Source of the DNA: Octopus sinensis
Taxonomy: Eukaryota
Direction of reading: 5' to 3'
Length of the DNA stretch: 64,000 nucleotides
Assembly: GCF_006345805.1 (NCBI RefSeq)
Contig: NC_043014.1
Location: 34,658,001-34,722,000, forward strand
In this document: positions 63,915 to 64,000 of the stretch, in pieces
How the letters are laid out: every line of letters starts with the position of its first letter
Position numbering within the stretch: the stretch's first letter is position 1
Position numbers and translations under genes: made by a program
The notes under the pieces: generated by a model
The model's database searches: none
Seen by the model: only the letters and a program-made list of their open reading frames with translations
Told to the model about the DNA's origin: nothing

Positions 63915-64000
63915 CTGTAATGGAATGGTTACCGGAATGTAACAGTTATTGTCTATGCTGAAACAAAGATGGTGATGTTGACTCCAGCAAAAGAAAGACG

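Overview
This is AT-rich, repeat-dense, intron-containing animal genomic DNA. The SINE/RTE landscape looks like Octopus or another cephalopod, which is an inference from remembered repeat families, not a database result. Two host genes can be supported. (1) On the + strand, a complete CKS1/CKS2-type CDK regulatory subunit with coding exons 30304-30362, 33521-33648 and 37302-~37378. It probably has a non-coding first exon and a cell-cycle-type promoter about 10 kb upstream (20190-20371). (2) On the - strand, the 3' part of an unrecognised gene: a Trp-less immunoglobulin domain split over two exons (51981-51815, 48861-48684), a GPI-signal-like last coding exon (48303-48224), and probably two upstream exons of an unassigned domain (63914-63814, 63319-63145). 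The rest is mostly mobile DNA: at least three modular tRNA-derived SINE families, RTE LINE fragments (one with a PHD-like insert in RT), Penelope fragments, a CR1 tail, four R4/Dong-like copies in one (AAT)n tract, and maT/mariner, Merlin, Chapaev3-like and piggyBac-type DNA transposon remnants, plus micro- and minisatellites. The most interesting observations are TSD-flanked SINE multimers that share one precise junction at a hairpin loop, and the orphan Ig/GPI gene. All coordinates were counted by hand, and repeat boundaries are approximate.
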